From the NCBI RefSeq assembly GCF_000002075.1, contig NW_004797349.1, positions 1,646,776 through 1,710,775 of the forward strand: a stretch of 64,000 nucleotides of DNA, in the 5' to 3' direction. Below, one piece after another: positions 1-12,200 of this stretch; within the stretch, counting starts at the first letter, position 1; each line of letters begins with the position of its first letter. The stretch comes from Aplysia californica. Taxonomy: Eukaryota. The translations under genes and the position numbers were made by a program. The notes under the pieces are model-generated. The model searched no databases. It had not been told where the DNA came from and was given only the letters and a program-made list of their open reading frames with translations.

Positions 1-1513
1 ATTTCAAGCATTTGAAACATGTAGACTTATTCCTTATTGCCTTTATTGATAGGGTTTAGTTTTGACCTATAATCGATCTATGCATGCTATGTTCTGTATT
101 CAACTCAAGACAACTATATTCACAATTCACATACATTTTTGTGCTGCAGAGGTGCTTGGCCAGTGCATGTCGTTTGCTAGAATCTTGAATTTTGAATTGG
201 TGCATAATCAGATCTCAGTTTGTGGAGTTGACATTTCATGAGTGTCTTCATGATCAATAAAAGGCAATGAGACAAGTATTGTATGGAATTTTTTAAAATT
301 TGACCATTGTGTTCTTGTTCCAGCCTAAACAAAACTTTTTAGTTTGGGGAGGGGGGGGGTGTGACACTTCGAGCATTGTATGAAGAAGGCATATCATACT
401 TGTTTGTGTTCTTTGAAAGCCAGGACATTTTCAGGGCATGGGACAATGAAGATATTCTTGAGAGAAAATGTTAGCTTTTTACTTTTACAGTGACTTGGCA
501 TTTGCAACGTGCCGTGCCACACTACAACAGCCATCTTTTGTGTCATATCATGCATATATTACAACTCTGAAGAGATGTTTAGATGGTGAAGTGATGGAGA
601 TTGTGTCACAACGTGTGGAATCCGGCACTCATCAGTTTGTGGTCATAATATTAAATTATGTTTCACCTGAAAGTTTATTCCCTGCTTTTGATTTTAAAAA
701 TATCCATCCATCCTGAACAGAGGTCAAGATTGAATGAGATGTGGGTTGCTTGGTGTCAAAGGTGAGGGTTGCGAGAGAATGGCCGCCAAAGTTTGGTGAC
801 TTCGAAAGCTGTCGTGTCTTTGGAAACTACACATTTTCATTTTTTGTGCCTTTGATCAATGTTTTCCAGAACAATCCATGCAGGAATATTTTTCATTGGG
901 TGTAAAAAAAAGGTGTTGAACTCAACAACAAAAAAATCGAAAAAAATTTACTTGGGCGGAATGATTTCCTTGAATTATTTATTTTGACGAGCGCCTGATT
1001 GCAACACTATGCCTCACATATTATATTACTCTGGAAGAGGATATCAGTCAGCAGTGATATTGTTAACGTTAGTATATATTAGTGACAGTGGTGATTCTTG
1101 CACCAGTACTTCATATGTTTAGTGATGATGAATAAATTTTATATAATAAGTGTACGGTAGTGATGGCGAACGTGAGACTGAAAGTCAGGGTGAGAAAACT
1201 AAGTGTTGTATGCACTCGCTAGTGACATCCTGGGGGCTTGGACCAGGCATCTTTATTATATTTTACATTTACTAGTGTTAGTGGCATTTAAGTTTAAGTT
1301 TATGTCAACTTGAACAATGTAGCCTACAAAACAGAAAAAGACAGTTTGACTTTTGAGTAACGCAAGCATTGACATTGGCCTACATGTAATATTAATAACG
1401 GTCGTTTACTAAGTGCAGGGACAAAGTAAGACAATCTTTTTGATAGACAGAAACAATAGAGAGGAGGAAAGTAAAAGAACTATTCAGTGGAGCACTTCCC
1501 ACCACCCACAACT

Positions 1514-2473
1514 TAGTTTTAGTACAGTCCACTCCGGCTTTAAGCACGGTCATCTCGAGAAAGCTGAAGCGTGCTTGAGTGCGAAGTAGATATAATCCAG
1601 AGATTTTCATGTAGAATATTTCCTGTGCAATTTCCCTTAGTAAGTAAGCCTTTAGTGGTCCTGCAAAAGTGTGCACTGTTATTTTTACCCGCCATGGTAG
1701 TTTTCATTTGTTTGTTTGTTTTGTCTTTTGGTCGAATGGGAAATGAAAACTTAATTTAGACGGCCAGTCACGATACAGCACACTAGGCCTACACACTGCC
1801 GGTGCGTACCACTGCCCCACATTCATACCACCGCCTTCACCCCCTAAACACGGTCTTTGATCCCACCTCGCGCGTGATAGTGATACCAAATCAGGATTAT
1901 CGGATAGCAAGGGGCAATAAGGTGAAATCGCAGCCTGCCCCCTTTTCTCATCTCCCCGACCCTCTTTGTATTTTTTTTTTGTCCATGTGTAGCTTTGCCC
2001 TGCCCTAGGCTAGATCCTATGTCCACGCGGGCAGCTTTGTGCATCTCTCTGCCTTCCTCTCTGCGCATGTGTGTGTGTCAATCACTTGCGCCATTTTTGT
2101 TTCTCTTAAAACACTCACTGCTGAGGTGTAGACTGTGTTCAAACTTTGATGGGTCATCATGAAAGTATTGACTGTCGTGTAAATGAAGCGTGCCTGAAGC
2201 CAAAGTTACCGTGCTTAAACTAGGCATGTAATTTATTTATAGCAAAAATTCGGTAAGAGCCGTTTAGTGTGCTTGAATCCGAAACGTGCTTTATGCCGGC
2301 GTGGACTGTAGAGGTTTTACGGCGCTCGCAACTGCATAAGGTCATATCAGCGCCAGAAGATTAGAGGTGTTACAAGTACAAGAGAGTAACAAACATAAAA
2401 AAGAAGAAGGGGAGGTAAGGACGATAGATGTTTGATAGGAAAGAAGAAGCAAACCACACCAGAGCACCAGCCA
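1514..2473 (-). mobile_element. Short retroposon family A, copy 1 (split by a MITE)
   Basis: Body at 2309-2473 matches the other A copies; 13-bp TSD ACCACCCACAACT at 1501-1513 and 2474-2486. Confidence 0.8.
1525..2308. mobile_element. pogo/Tigger-like MITE
   Basis: TIRs CAGTCCACTCCGGCTTTAAGCACG / CGTGCTTTATGCCGGCGTGGACTG with TA on both sides; inserted into the tail of retroposon copy A1. Confidence 0.85.
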
Positions 2474-3589
2474 ACCACCCACAACTGAACAGACCCAGTT
2501 ATATTGTTGTACTAGCACTAGCAGTAGCAGCGATTTACGAAGTTTATAACAAAATTGCCCCGTAGGGTTCAGCACTAAGTAAGGTGTTTGCACAATCCAG
2601 ACCGTTGGAATTATTTCAGTGGGAAATGCTGACTGCAGTGTTAAGCTCCAGCTGTGATTGCAACCTCTGTAATTGGAGTAACTTGAAGTACAGGCCCGTC
2701 CATGTGCCCTGTTCTATGTTAAGTTGTTAACCCACTCTGAATTTTACTTTAATGAGACTCCATGGTGCAGTATTATCGTTTAACCACCATTGGTTTAATC
2801 CTGCACTACATAATTAACATGTGCTGCTTAGTAAGCATTGTCAGAGGTATGACCTATCAGAATGTACTACTTATTACTTATTCACTTTTATCTATTTGGG
2901 GCTTCAGCCAGGTGTCCCCAGCTTTACACTACACACCCACCCTTGCTCGGTCCGACATTATGTCGCACTTTATAATAGGCCTACTTTAAACGACTTTTCA
3001 CATTTGGCTCAGTCCTTTTGGAGAAGGACATTTAACTCAAGAGGTCCTGAAATAAACCTAATCTAATAATAGTGTTGACAGGGGCATTAAACTATACCAC
3101 TTTTACACCTTTCCTTTTATATATATATATTGAGAAGCATCTCTTGAAATAAAACTCATACATTGTATTATCATCACTCCAACAAATGATTGAAGAGTTT
3201 TAGATAAAATAGAAGTGGACTGATGCAAGTGCTTCTCTGCCTCTCAGAGCCAATCCAGGCCAATTAAGACTGCATCCCAGCATACGCCAAGAAAAGAAAG
3301 AGAAACTCTATAAATACAAGTATCTCATCAATTAGTACTCATAACAGTAGGCCTATCTGTCTTTTTTTTTTTTCATGAAAAGACATGCAGCAAGTACAGA
3401 ATGCACTTGGAAAGTGAAACAACTACGACTTTTTTTTAAAGTAGGTATTTTTACTCTCCCATCCATACAATTTAATAAGTAGGCCTCTAAGAAGTAAGTT
3501 CATTCAGTGTTTAAGTCTAAGGCCATTGACCCACATCACATCATATAAAACACTCATTTGTTGAATAAAGTTAGATCAACTATGCCACT

Positions 3590-3772
3590 ACTATGAGGCA
3601 GGCTTCGGACCTTTGTCGGGGGGGCCCCACCCGGACTTCAAAGGAATACAGCATACCAGCAGAAATATCGAGATACTCAATGAAAATTCCCCCACTTTGG
3701 CATCGAACTGGGGTCTCCTGTGTGCATCAGTAAAACACCGTAAGTAGTAAGGCTACACCACAGACACTGGTG
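3590..3772 (-). mobile_element. Degenerate tRNA-headed SINE fragment
   Basis: TGGTGTAG A-box-like and AGTTCGATGCCC B-box-like motifs; no intact cloverleaf. Confidence 0.4.
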
Positions 3773-5159
3773 ACTAAGACTTGAAGTTGAAGCGATGAAA
3801 GTTTGTACATGCACACGTGGCCTGGTCATTAAAACGATCTTCACAGCCCCGGTCCCAGAAGACAAACTGCACTATCATATTTCATAAAGAACAAGAAAAA
3901 CAAAAACACAATCATTATCAGTAGTAGGCAGCAGTACATTCCCAATCTTTATTCTTTGCTGAAATATCTGTTGTGAACACAAGTCAACAGTATGGTCACA
4001 GATTCAAGTAAATAAGAACATCTCCATAACCACAACATCTTGCTTTGAATCATCAGTGACATAATACAATTGCGTAAGTTATTATTCCAGATTTTAAGTT
4101 ATTGGAATTATATCGTATACAGAGTTTTGTTTATGTAGGCCCTACTTATAATAATAAACATACATCATGTTGAGACATTTTCATTTTTGCTTAAGTCATA
4201 CGGTTGACTTAGGTAAGCTGTGTTTATTCAAGTTTAATAAGAAAAATGACTGAGCAATTGAGTTATGACCGTGACGACGTGTCAAACACATGATATTTAT
4301 AGGCACCATCTCCTGTCCTTTGACAGCTGATAGTCACATCTGGCAGTGTTAAGTTATTCAAAATGTCATGGCAACGGAGTCTAACAGCAACATACAATCA
4401 AGCATTGTGTACTCTCTATCTCTTTCTCTGTGCTTATTTTAACTTTCAATTTTAATGTTACTCATTGAAAAAATATATTTCAGACTACCAAAGGCGCTGG
4501 GAACAAAAACTAACATCAATTCTTTTTGCACAAGAATTTAAAAAACAAAAATAAAAGTGTAAGCTATTTAACAAACACCTCAATGCATGTAGCTTATGAG
4601 CTTAAACACTTTACGGTAATTCTATGAGTTAACGATTTGAGACTGAAAATGATTCCACCCCACCATGTTGTGTCCATAAGAAAGCCATTGCCCTATATTC
4701 CAATTCTCTGACAATGTCGAACCTCATATTGAGCAGATCCACTGGGTTTGATCTTCATTCAAAGTTTTGCTGGAAAGGTTTGACAAATATATTAAACATG
4801 CATGAAAATCATAGGACAGCAGACAGTAATGCAATGGGGACGTCCAGCTGAATGGCATCAGGTTGACATTAGTCAGAATTGTGTGTTACTGTGTTCCTGG
4901 CAAAAACCTGCTTGACCTTATGTGGAGAGTTCAAAGGAAGCACATCAACACAAAAAAGTAATCTAATGCTGAGGAAAAAGCAAGACAGATGGGCAGAAAC
5001 AACAAAGGGACGGTAAAGAAGTAGGAGCTACCACTGGCCCCTCCAACCACAAGCAGCATTACGATATTTTTGGACCCCTCAAACATCAGCAGCTTTGTTC
5101 CTCTAAAGAGAGATTTCCTTTTCCTTTAAAGCCACAGTGACTATTGAGCTTTTTGACTA

Positions 5160-5990
5160 CACTGTGTACACATCACCAAACTGAGAACTGAACTCGCATT
5201 ATGAGAAGGACGCACTCAACAGATCCCAGAACGACATGTGTCTGTATGATCTCTCTGTACAACACTGGGTGCGGCTGGTGTAAGAAGTCAAACTGCATCA
5301 TTAAGACAAACCACAGGATTATTAAGATGTTCATTTTCAACAAATAGCTAGAAAAGACAACACCTTTTTCAATAATTTGATCATGGAAGATAATATTTTC
5401 CACCTAAAGGATAATTTGTTATCAAACAAAACAGCAGATTTTTGGGAACCAAGAATCCGAGGATCGTCCACCAATGTCAACTTCACCCACTGAGTGAAAG
5501 TTACCGTATGGTGAGGTGTGACATCAGATTACAGAAGGCACGACTGGGCCATACCTTTTTGAGGATAAGACAGATTCAGGGGTAACAGTAGCAAGATACC
5601 ATGATATGTTACAGTACTTTGAGTTCCCAGCACCACAAGACACAGCGGGCACGTGGTGGAAACAAGGTGGAGTCAGTAAATACCTGTACAGCTGGTAAAA
5701 CCATGTTAGGAGACAGTGAGACAGAATCAGTTCAAGAGGTGAAAATTTCAACTGGCCAGCCAGTTCACCTGGTTTGAGTGCACCAGATTTCTTGCTTACG
5801 GGCTTCTCAAGAAACATGTTTACAACAGCTTGCGTCAAGACGTTCAGCAAGTAAAGCAGAACATAATCACTGAGGATGAAATTCATGAACTCACTCAAAA
5901 CAATAAACAAGCCTACTGACGCTATGCAAAATGTGTTGAAGAGGGTGCAGGGTCATGCGATATGATATTATGACTTCTGTGCCACCCTGC
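5160..5990 (+). pseudogene. Decayed Tc1/mariner-superfamily (maT/DD37D-like) transposase
   Basis: Frameshifted motifs FHLKG..KQNSR, KVTVW, GPYLFE, YHDML and WPASSPGLSAPDF (compare WPPRSPDLTPCDF); TIR-like end gccaccctg. Confidence 0.65.
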
Positions 5991-6894
5991 AGTTAGTTAT
6001 ACAATGTTAAATTAATTTAATTAAGTACAATGTACCTTCTTATTCCTAGATTGCAAAAGAAAAAGGAAGTGTCATATATCTAAATTTTGAAGTCTCCAAC
6101 ATCTTTTTACGCAAACCTCTTTGTACTTGAATACTGCTAATGGAATATATAATAATAAGATAACTGGATTTTTCCTACACATTTCTGTACCTAAAATAGC
6201 AGGTGATTTACTAGAACAAAAGATCTTTTTAAGTTAACAAAAGCTTAGCACATATATTATAATATAGAGCACCTGCATACAATGCGAATGAAAGATTTAA
6301 CATACACACATACGGAATCCTCTATTGCAAGCACCGTAGCTTTATGTTTGTGTGCCAAGAAAGCCCTTATAACTTCAATGTATCAAATAACTGAAGTTTT
6401 ACTAAAGACAACTGGCTACTACAACAAGTTCAATACATGAACAATTCATCCATTGAATCAAACCTCCAGCGACAGTTCCGCACATAAATATTTAATGTAC
6501 ATTACATCAACTGACTTCAACATTAAACAATTACTTTGGCAAGAATCCGAGGTAAAATGATGATAATGAAAAGAAAACACTCCATCCAACTTCCTGCAAA
6601 GAAACAACCATACACACCAACAAGCCGATTCACACAATTGACCAGCACTTTCACTCCGAAAGTCCCATATATTTCTCCACTTGCAACAGCAAAGGTTAAG
6701 GTGAATAAACACCAATAACCAAGCCCACTTTTCTTGACCAGATACCCATCCACCCCCACCCCTACCCCCTGAATTAATGACATACGTGGAATGAGTGGAT
6801 GAAATTCTCAGAGCTAGGAGAACACTATATAACAAATTTACAATTAGCCTACCCTTAATGAATGTTTAGCACTGAACATAAACTTCCTTCTATG

Positions 6895-7244
6895 ATAATA
6901 ATAATAATAATAAATACCATTTGTATCGCGCACAAACCCACTCTACAGCAAGCTCTATGCACTTTACACTATATTATTACCCCAGCAGACCATAGAACAC
7001 TCAGAAACATTCACAGCTTCCCGGGAAGCATGCAATGCAAGCAGCTGATTAAGAGCTCAAACACTAATAAACTGACAAGATCTTTCACTGTCTATAGCTG
7101 AGTACCCATTCACACCTGGGTGAAGTGAGGAAAATTCGTGTAAAGTGCCATCCAGGAACACAACGTCGGGTCCCTGACAGGATCTGAACCCACGACCTTA
7201 CAGTTGCGAGTCTGAGAACCTAACCACTAGGCCACCGATGCCAC
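6895..7244 (-). mobile_element. tRNA-derived CORE-like SINE just downstream of the ENL stop codon
   Basis: A box TGGCCTAGTGG, B box GGTTCAGATCC, CORE-like GGCACTTTAC...CCTCACTTCACCCAGGTGTGAATGGG, (ATT)n tail. Confidence 0.8.
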
Positions 7245-7331
7245 AATAAACACATTTTAGCACAATTTATAACCACGAGGTAAACAAGCATATAAAATAA
7301 ATAATAATAATAATTTCAAACACCACAAGCA

Positions 7332-9236
7332 CTAACCCCTCAAAATATCTTGAATCTGAAAAATCACATTTTTATCCACACTGCAAATGTCAAAGAACAA
7401 TGCAGTGTCATCTAAATCAAAGTCATCAGTGTTTCCTATCACATCAACAACCTTATCTAACAAGCTTTGATTTGCTTCTAACTGAGCCTTTTCAATTTTT
7501 TCATTTATAGAGATCAACTCTCCAATGGGTATGCCATTTGGTGCCAGGATATCTAGTCCTCTCGTCTCAGTCTCCTCTGACTTAACCACCTCCACAATAC
7601 TGGGTTTCTCTTCTTTATCTTTCTTAGAATGGCTTTTGGACACTTTTTTACTGTTGCTTGAACCATCCTTTTCCATCTTGGGTTCCTGAACACCCTTTTT
7701 ATACAGCTCCGGTGAATTTTTGGATGGCTTAGAAACTTCACAACTCTCACTGTCATTGGTCTGCTTGCTGAAAACATTCTTCAGATCTTTGTGCGATGAA
7801 TTTATGGAGGGCTGGTCCTCCTCCGAATCACTGTCACTGTCTGTGAGTCCAGAAGTTATCTGTTTCACTTTCTCTTCATCCTCCAATGCTTCCCGGTCGG
7901 AATTTACCGCAGAAGGGCTATGAGATGACAAGCTGCTGCTACGATGGCGACTTCGACTAGAGCTTTTCTTGGTGTCTGAGACAGAGAGTCTTTCCTCAGC
8001 ACCGGGAGACTGCAGTTCGCGAGGCTCTTCATGCTCCTCCTCAGACTGACTTTTTATAGGAGACAACAAGAGCTGAGGCTGGAAATCGGCAGTCAGAGCC
8101 AGTTTTTGAGACTTGGACAGGCCTTCTGATTTAACCCTCTTTTTCTCTTTCACCTTTTCTGGATCCTTGACCTTTGCTGCTACTGCTGTTGCATCTTTCT
8201 CCTCCTCTTTCTTTGGTTTTGACTTGTGCTTAGACTCATGACTATGTTTATGCTCACTTGAGTGTTTGCTCTTGTCAGGTTTATCTTTTGATATACTTGA
8301 CGATGATTTGCCTTCTTTGGGTGGTTTTGTTACATTGCTGCTGCTTTTCTCCTTCTCTTTCTCCTTTGGCTTCACTGTCTTTTCTTCCGTACTGGCAGAG
8401 GAAGGAGCTGACTTGAACTTTTTATGCTCAGTTTCCTCTTCCCGAGCAGGAGATTCAACAGGTCTTTTATGAGATTTCTTTTCTTGTCTGTCCTTCTCTT
8501 TGCTGCTTCTGTCTTTTCCTGAATCCTCTTTAGGTCTCTTGGATCCTTCAGAAGTGCTCGACAAAGATGGCTGTGATGCTGATTTGTGTGAAGAACTTTT
8601 TTCTTTATGTTTTTCTTTATCTTTACTACTGGAATTATGTTTTTCCTTACTACTTGAAGTGCTGCTATCTTTCTCTCTACTCTCTCTGTCCTTATGTGAA
8701 TGCTTCTCCTTACTTCCTGAACTCTTTCTGTCTGAGTGGGAAGCTGAACTTGACGTTTTACCAGCTGAGCTTGAACTATCCTTTTCTTTTAGACTATCTG
8801 TTTCTTTACTCTTTGAAGAAACCTCTGTCACTTTAGATTTGTGCTCTAAATCTTTGCTCTTATGATCTTTTTCTTTTTTATGAGTATCTTTGTCTCTATG
8901 TCCTGAGGACGAACTTTTTTCTTTCTCCTTTTCTTTATCTTTCTTTTTGTCCTTCGACTTATGTTTGACAGGTTTCACCTCTTTCTCCCTCTCAGAGCTC
9001 ACGTGCTCCTTATGGAGAGAGTCTAGCTTATGCTTTGATGAAGATGTCTTATCTTTTTCTTTGTGCGACAATTCTTTTTTCGACATCAGAGAGGAATGTA
9101 AGCTTTCCTTTTTAGGAGATAGTTCTTTTTCCTTTTTAGCTGGAATCTTTTCTTCATCATCAGATGTTGTTGGGGATAATGATGACAAAGACTGAGCAGG
9201 GGACACAGATTTCTTCTTTTTCTTTTTGACTTTTTC
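7332..9236 (-). CDS. MLLT3: ENL/AF9 terminal coding exon (disordered region + AHD)
   Basis: ttctcag|GAA acceptor; 635-codon open frame ending in the AHD-like domain and TAG. Confidence 0.92.
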   Translation of the reverse strand, partial: EKVKKKKKKSVSPAQSLSSLSPTTSDDEEKIPAKKEKELSPKKESLHSSLMSKKELSHKEKDKTSSSKHKLDSLHKEHVSSEREKEVKPVKHKSKDKKKDKEKEKEKSSSSGHRDKDTHKKEKDHKSKDLEHKSKVTEVSSKSKETDSLKEKDSSSSAGKTSSSASHSDRKSSGSKEKHSHKDRESREKDSSTSSSKEKHNSSSKDKEKHKEKSSSHKSASQPSLSSTSEGSKRPKEDSGKDRSSKEKDRQEKKSHKRPVESPAREEETEHKKFKSAPSSASTEEKTVKPKEKEKEKSSSNVTKPPKEGKSSSSISKDKPDKSKHSSEHKHSHESKHKSKPKKEEEKDATAVAAKVKDPEKVKEKKRVKSEGLSKSQKLALTADFQPQLLLSPIKSQSEEEHEEPRELQSPGAEERLSVSDTKKSSSRSRHRSSSLSSHSPSAVNSDREALEDEEKVKQITSGLTDSDSDSEEDQPSINSSHKDLKNVFSKQTNDSESCEVSKPSKNSPELYKKGVQEPKMEKDGSSNSKKVSKSHSKKDKEEKPSIVEVVKSEETETRGLDILAPNGIPIGELISINEKIEKAQLEANQSLLDKVVDVIGNTDDFDLDDTALFFDICSVDKNVIFQIQDILRG

Positions 9237-12200
9237 CTGAGAATGAAACAAAAATTATAATTATTAATTTCATCATAAACTTCATCTTACTAACAAATAC
9301 AAAAGAAGAAAACTACATACGACTGGGCTTCATTCTGAGCAGGTGGAAGTTATGTGTAAAAGCTGGAACCATATCTACCCCATAGTAAGTATAAAAAAAT
9401 ATCAGAACAAGACTTCAGTTTCACAGGATCAAGCTCACATCAAGCACATGTACATTTAAAAACTCAACTGCTGATCAAAAAAAGGAGTCTTCTTTCACCA
9501 TATTATTATCAGTTACAAGTTACAGAACAACAGATGAAGGATAAGTTTGATTTAATAAAGCCTTATAGTTATACTCAGACTCCTGAATCACAACTGCTGA
9601 CACTTGACAACCAAACTCTTTAAATTCTTTTTCATCCACACCAGTTTTGGAGCACCAAAATAAAAACCAGGGTCACTGGTGGTTTACGAAGATAAAAAAA
9701 AGCATAAATGTGTTCTGACTTGCACAATTTTACCCATATATGCATTAAAAAAACAGTACCAATTGGCAGACAATAATAAAAGATCCCTTCAGGCTAACTG
9801 GAGTTAAAAGTTACATAATGTAATTCTTTTCAACCCGTGACCATGAGCGGAAAAGAAATGATGGTGATATCTCTGATTTTTATTTTTTTTTCACAGAAAG
9901 ATGTAAGGTCCACCTTCAAAACTTGTAACTCCAACTTGATCTCAACCTCCAGAAAGCAAGTGAGCAGTACTTAATGACAAGACAGCACCATGTCTCAATA
10001 GGAACACATTAGAACAAAAAAGCAATAGCATCACTGAGAAGAACAAGCAGCAGACTCCATAAACCACCCGATTTTCTGTTTCAGTCTTTTCATTCTTTAC
10101 AACCACTGTGAACGGCTTTTTTAGTTTTAGAAAGTGTTTTACGGCACTTGCAACATAATAAGGTCATATAAGTGGCGAAGATTAGAGGTGTTACAAGAGA
10201 GTAACAAACACAAAAAAGAAGGAGGGGAGATAAAAATTATAGATGTTTGACAGGAAAGAAGAAAAAAAACACACGAGAACACCCGCCAACCACAAATTCT
10301 GTGAACAGCACAGTAAAATCTTGCTCCATATTCTTTTTGACCCTTCTCAGTACCTCATCCTCGAAATAAAAGTGAAGACTAAAAATAAGATAAGGCTGAC
10401 ATTATCAGAAACAAAATCAATCAAGCCTCCTTCTCATTACAATTTATATGAACAAAGATAGCTATGACAACTCTTTACCTTAAGGGGGTCTTTGGACGGC
10501 TTGGGTCCTCGTTTCTTTTCAGCTTTCGGCTTAATTGCAGTGCCAAATAGGTCAGTAAATGGCTGTGGTGTAGGCTCTACTCCTTGCTCAACCTGAAAGA
10601 GAACATTTTTATTTTTAATACACATGAACATTGAATTCAAAGGGGATAAAAAGCTTCAAAATTTCCACTGCAACAGAGAGAATAGAAAGAAATATATGAA
10701 TGGTGGTTGAGGGGGGGGGGGAGTATTTAAACAGACAATGGGCACTTTAATGGCAGAGTACTTTGTCCCCCAGACAGAACAGTATACTGTAAAAAAAAAA
10801 TCATTCCCAAAAAGAAGAGAAGAATTCTGACTTTAACCCTGATCTTCCATACATTTCTCACATTCATAACCAACTGCAACTTCCCATCATGACAAATTTC
10901 ATCATACAGAAGAAACGTAATTTTATTTAAAAAGACACCTCAATATGAGGCAACTAACACAATGAAGAAATCACTCATAAACATTAAAAAGGCAATTGTA
11001 GTCTGGTCAGTTTGTCAAGCCCAAAGCCTTCACACAGTAACATTTTCTAAAGTACATAAAAATAACTCAAGTAACATTTTTGGGAGGATTAAGTGCCTGA
11101 GTTGACATAGGTAAGGTAATTGAAACAAACACTAGTTTCATGAGGCTAAGTTTCCATCAATGCACCTTTTTTATCAGCACGATGTGAATACTGTTTACGT
11201 GGAGTATAAGAAGTAGCTAATTGAAAATGCAACCAGTAGAGAAAAAAAATTATATTATTACAATTTCCAATTTTTAAAAAAACAAGTGGTTAACTAATGT
11301 CCTACTGTATCCGCACCTTAAAAAAGTGGAATGATGGTGGTGGTCGGGGAGAGGAGGAGGAGGGAAAGGCGTGTAAACAGACAATAGGTCATTTTTTCCC
11401 CTTCATTGTCTTATGTTGGACCAGGCAAGTCACAAAAATGCGTCATTTTTAGCATTGTGCCGTACCATGACGTTATAGAAGTTGGCAAAATTTTCCGTTC
11501 GCAGTTGCCCATAAGATATTACATGTGTGCCGCTAATCATCTAGCTGCAATTCTTCTGTACAGAGATTTAGCCACCTAACAAGCACACAGCGTAGATTCG
11601 TATTATGGAACAAAATATGCGCAATTCAGTACTAAATTAACTAGTTTGTGTTTACTGCTAGGCACCATAACGATCAATACAAGTCTGGTCTTGCAGACAA
11701 AACACATGTTCTTGAAAAGCATAATCACCAAAATGGCTTTAAAAATGAATAAAATTTCACTCTTTGACTAAGAAGTTTTCTGAAATTATGGGTAAGATTG
11801 GGAATACTGGAAATAAGGACTGTGAGAAAAGTGACACAATAGAAGACCCACCCAGGGTCTGGATATGTGTCACGAGTGGACAGGATCTAGACAACAAGTC
11901 CATTAAGACTGAAACATGAGACTGCTGTCCGGGGGGGACAGGCTTGGCTGAAAATCAGTGCTGACAGTAGGAACACATACCTTCTGGCAGTGAAAGGGTT
12001 AATGACAGCCCCATATCTCCATTGTTTGTTTGAGTAAAGAGAAGCACATCGACACAATAATGATCATTTAGTGATAGGACAAATAAGACAGTGACCGACA
12101 GACAGAAACAAAAATGTAGGACCTACCAGTGGCACCCTCCAACCACTCACAACTTTGACCCCAGACTGAAACAGAACAACAAAAATTTCAAGTAAATTAT

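Noticed and set aside
7170-7244. tRNA-like sequence
   Set aside because: No acceptor stem, and it continues into a SINE core and tail; a SINE head rather than a tRNA gene.
7720-9195. Several Ser/Leu/Phe-rich + strand ORFs
   Set aside because: Antisense shadows of the Lys/Glu-rich ENL exon.
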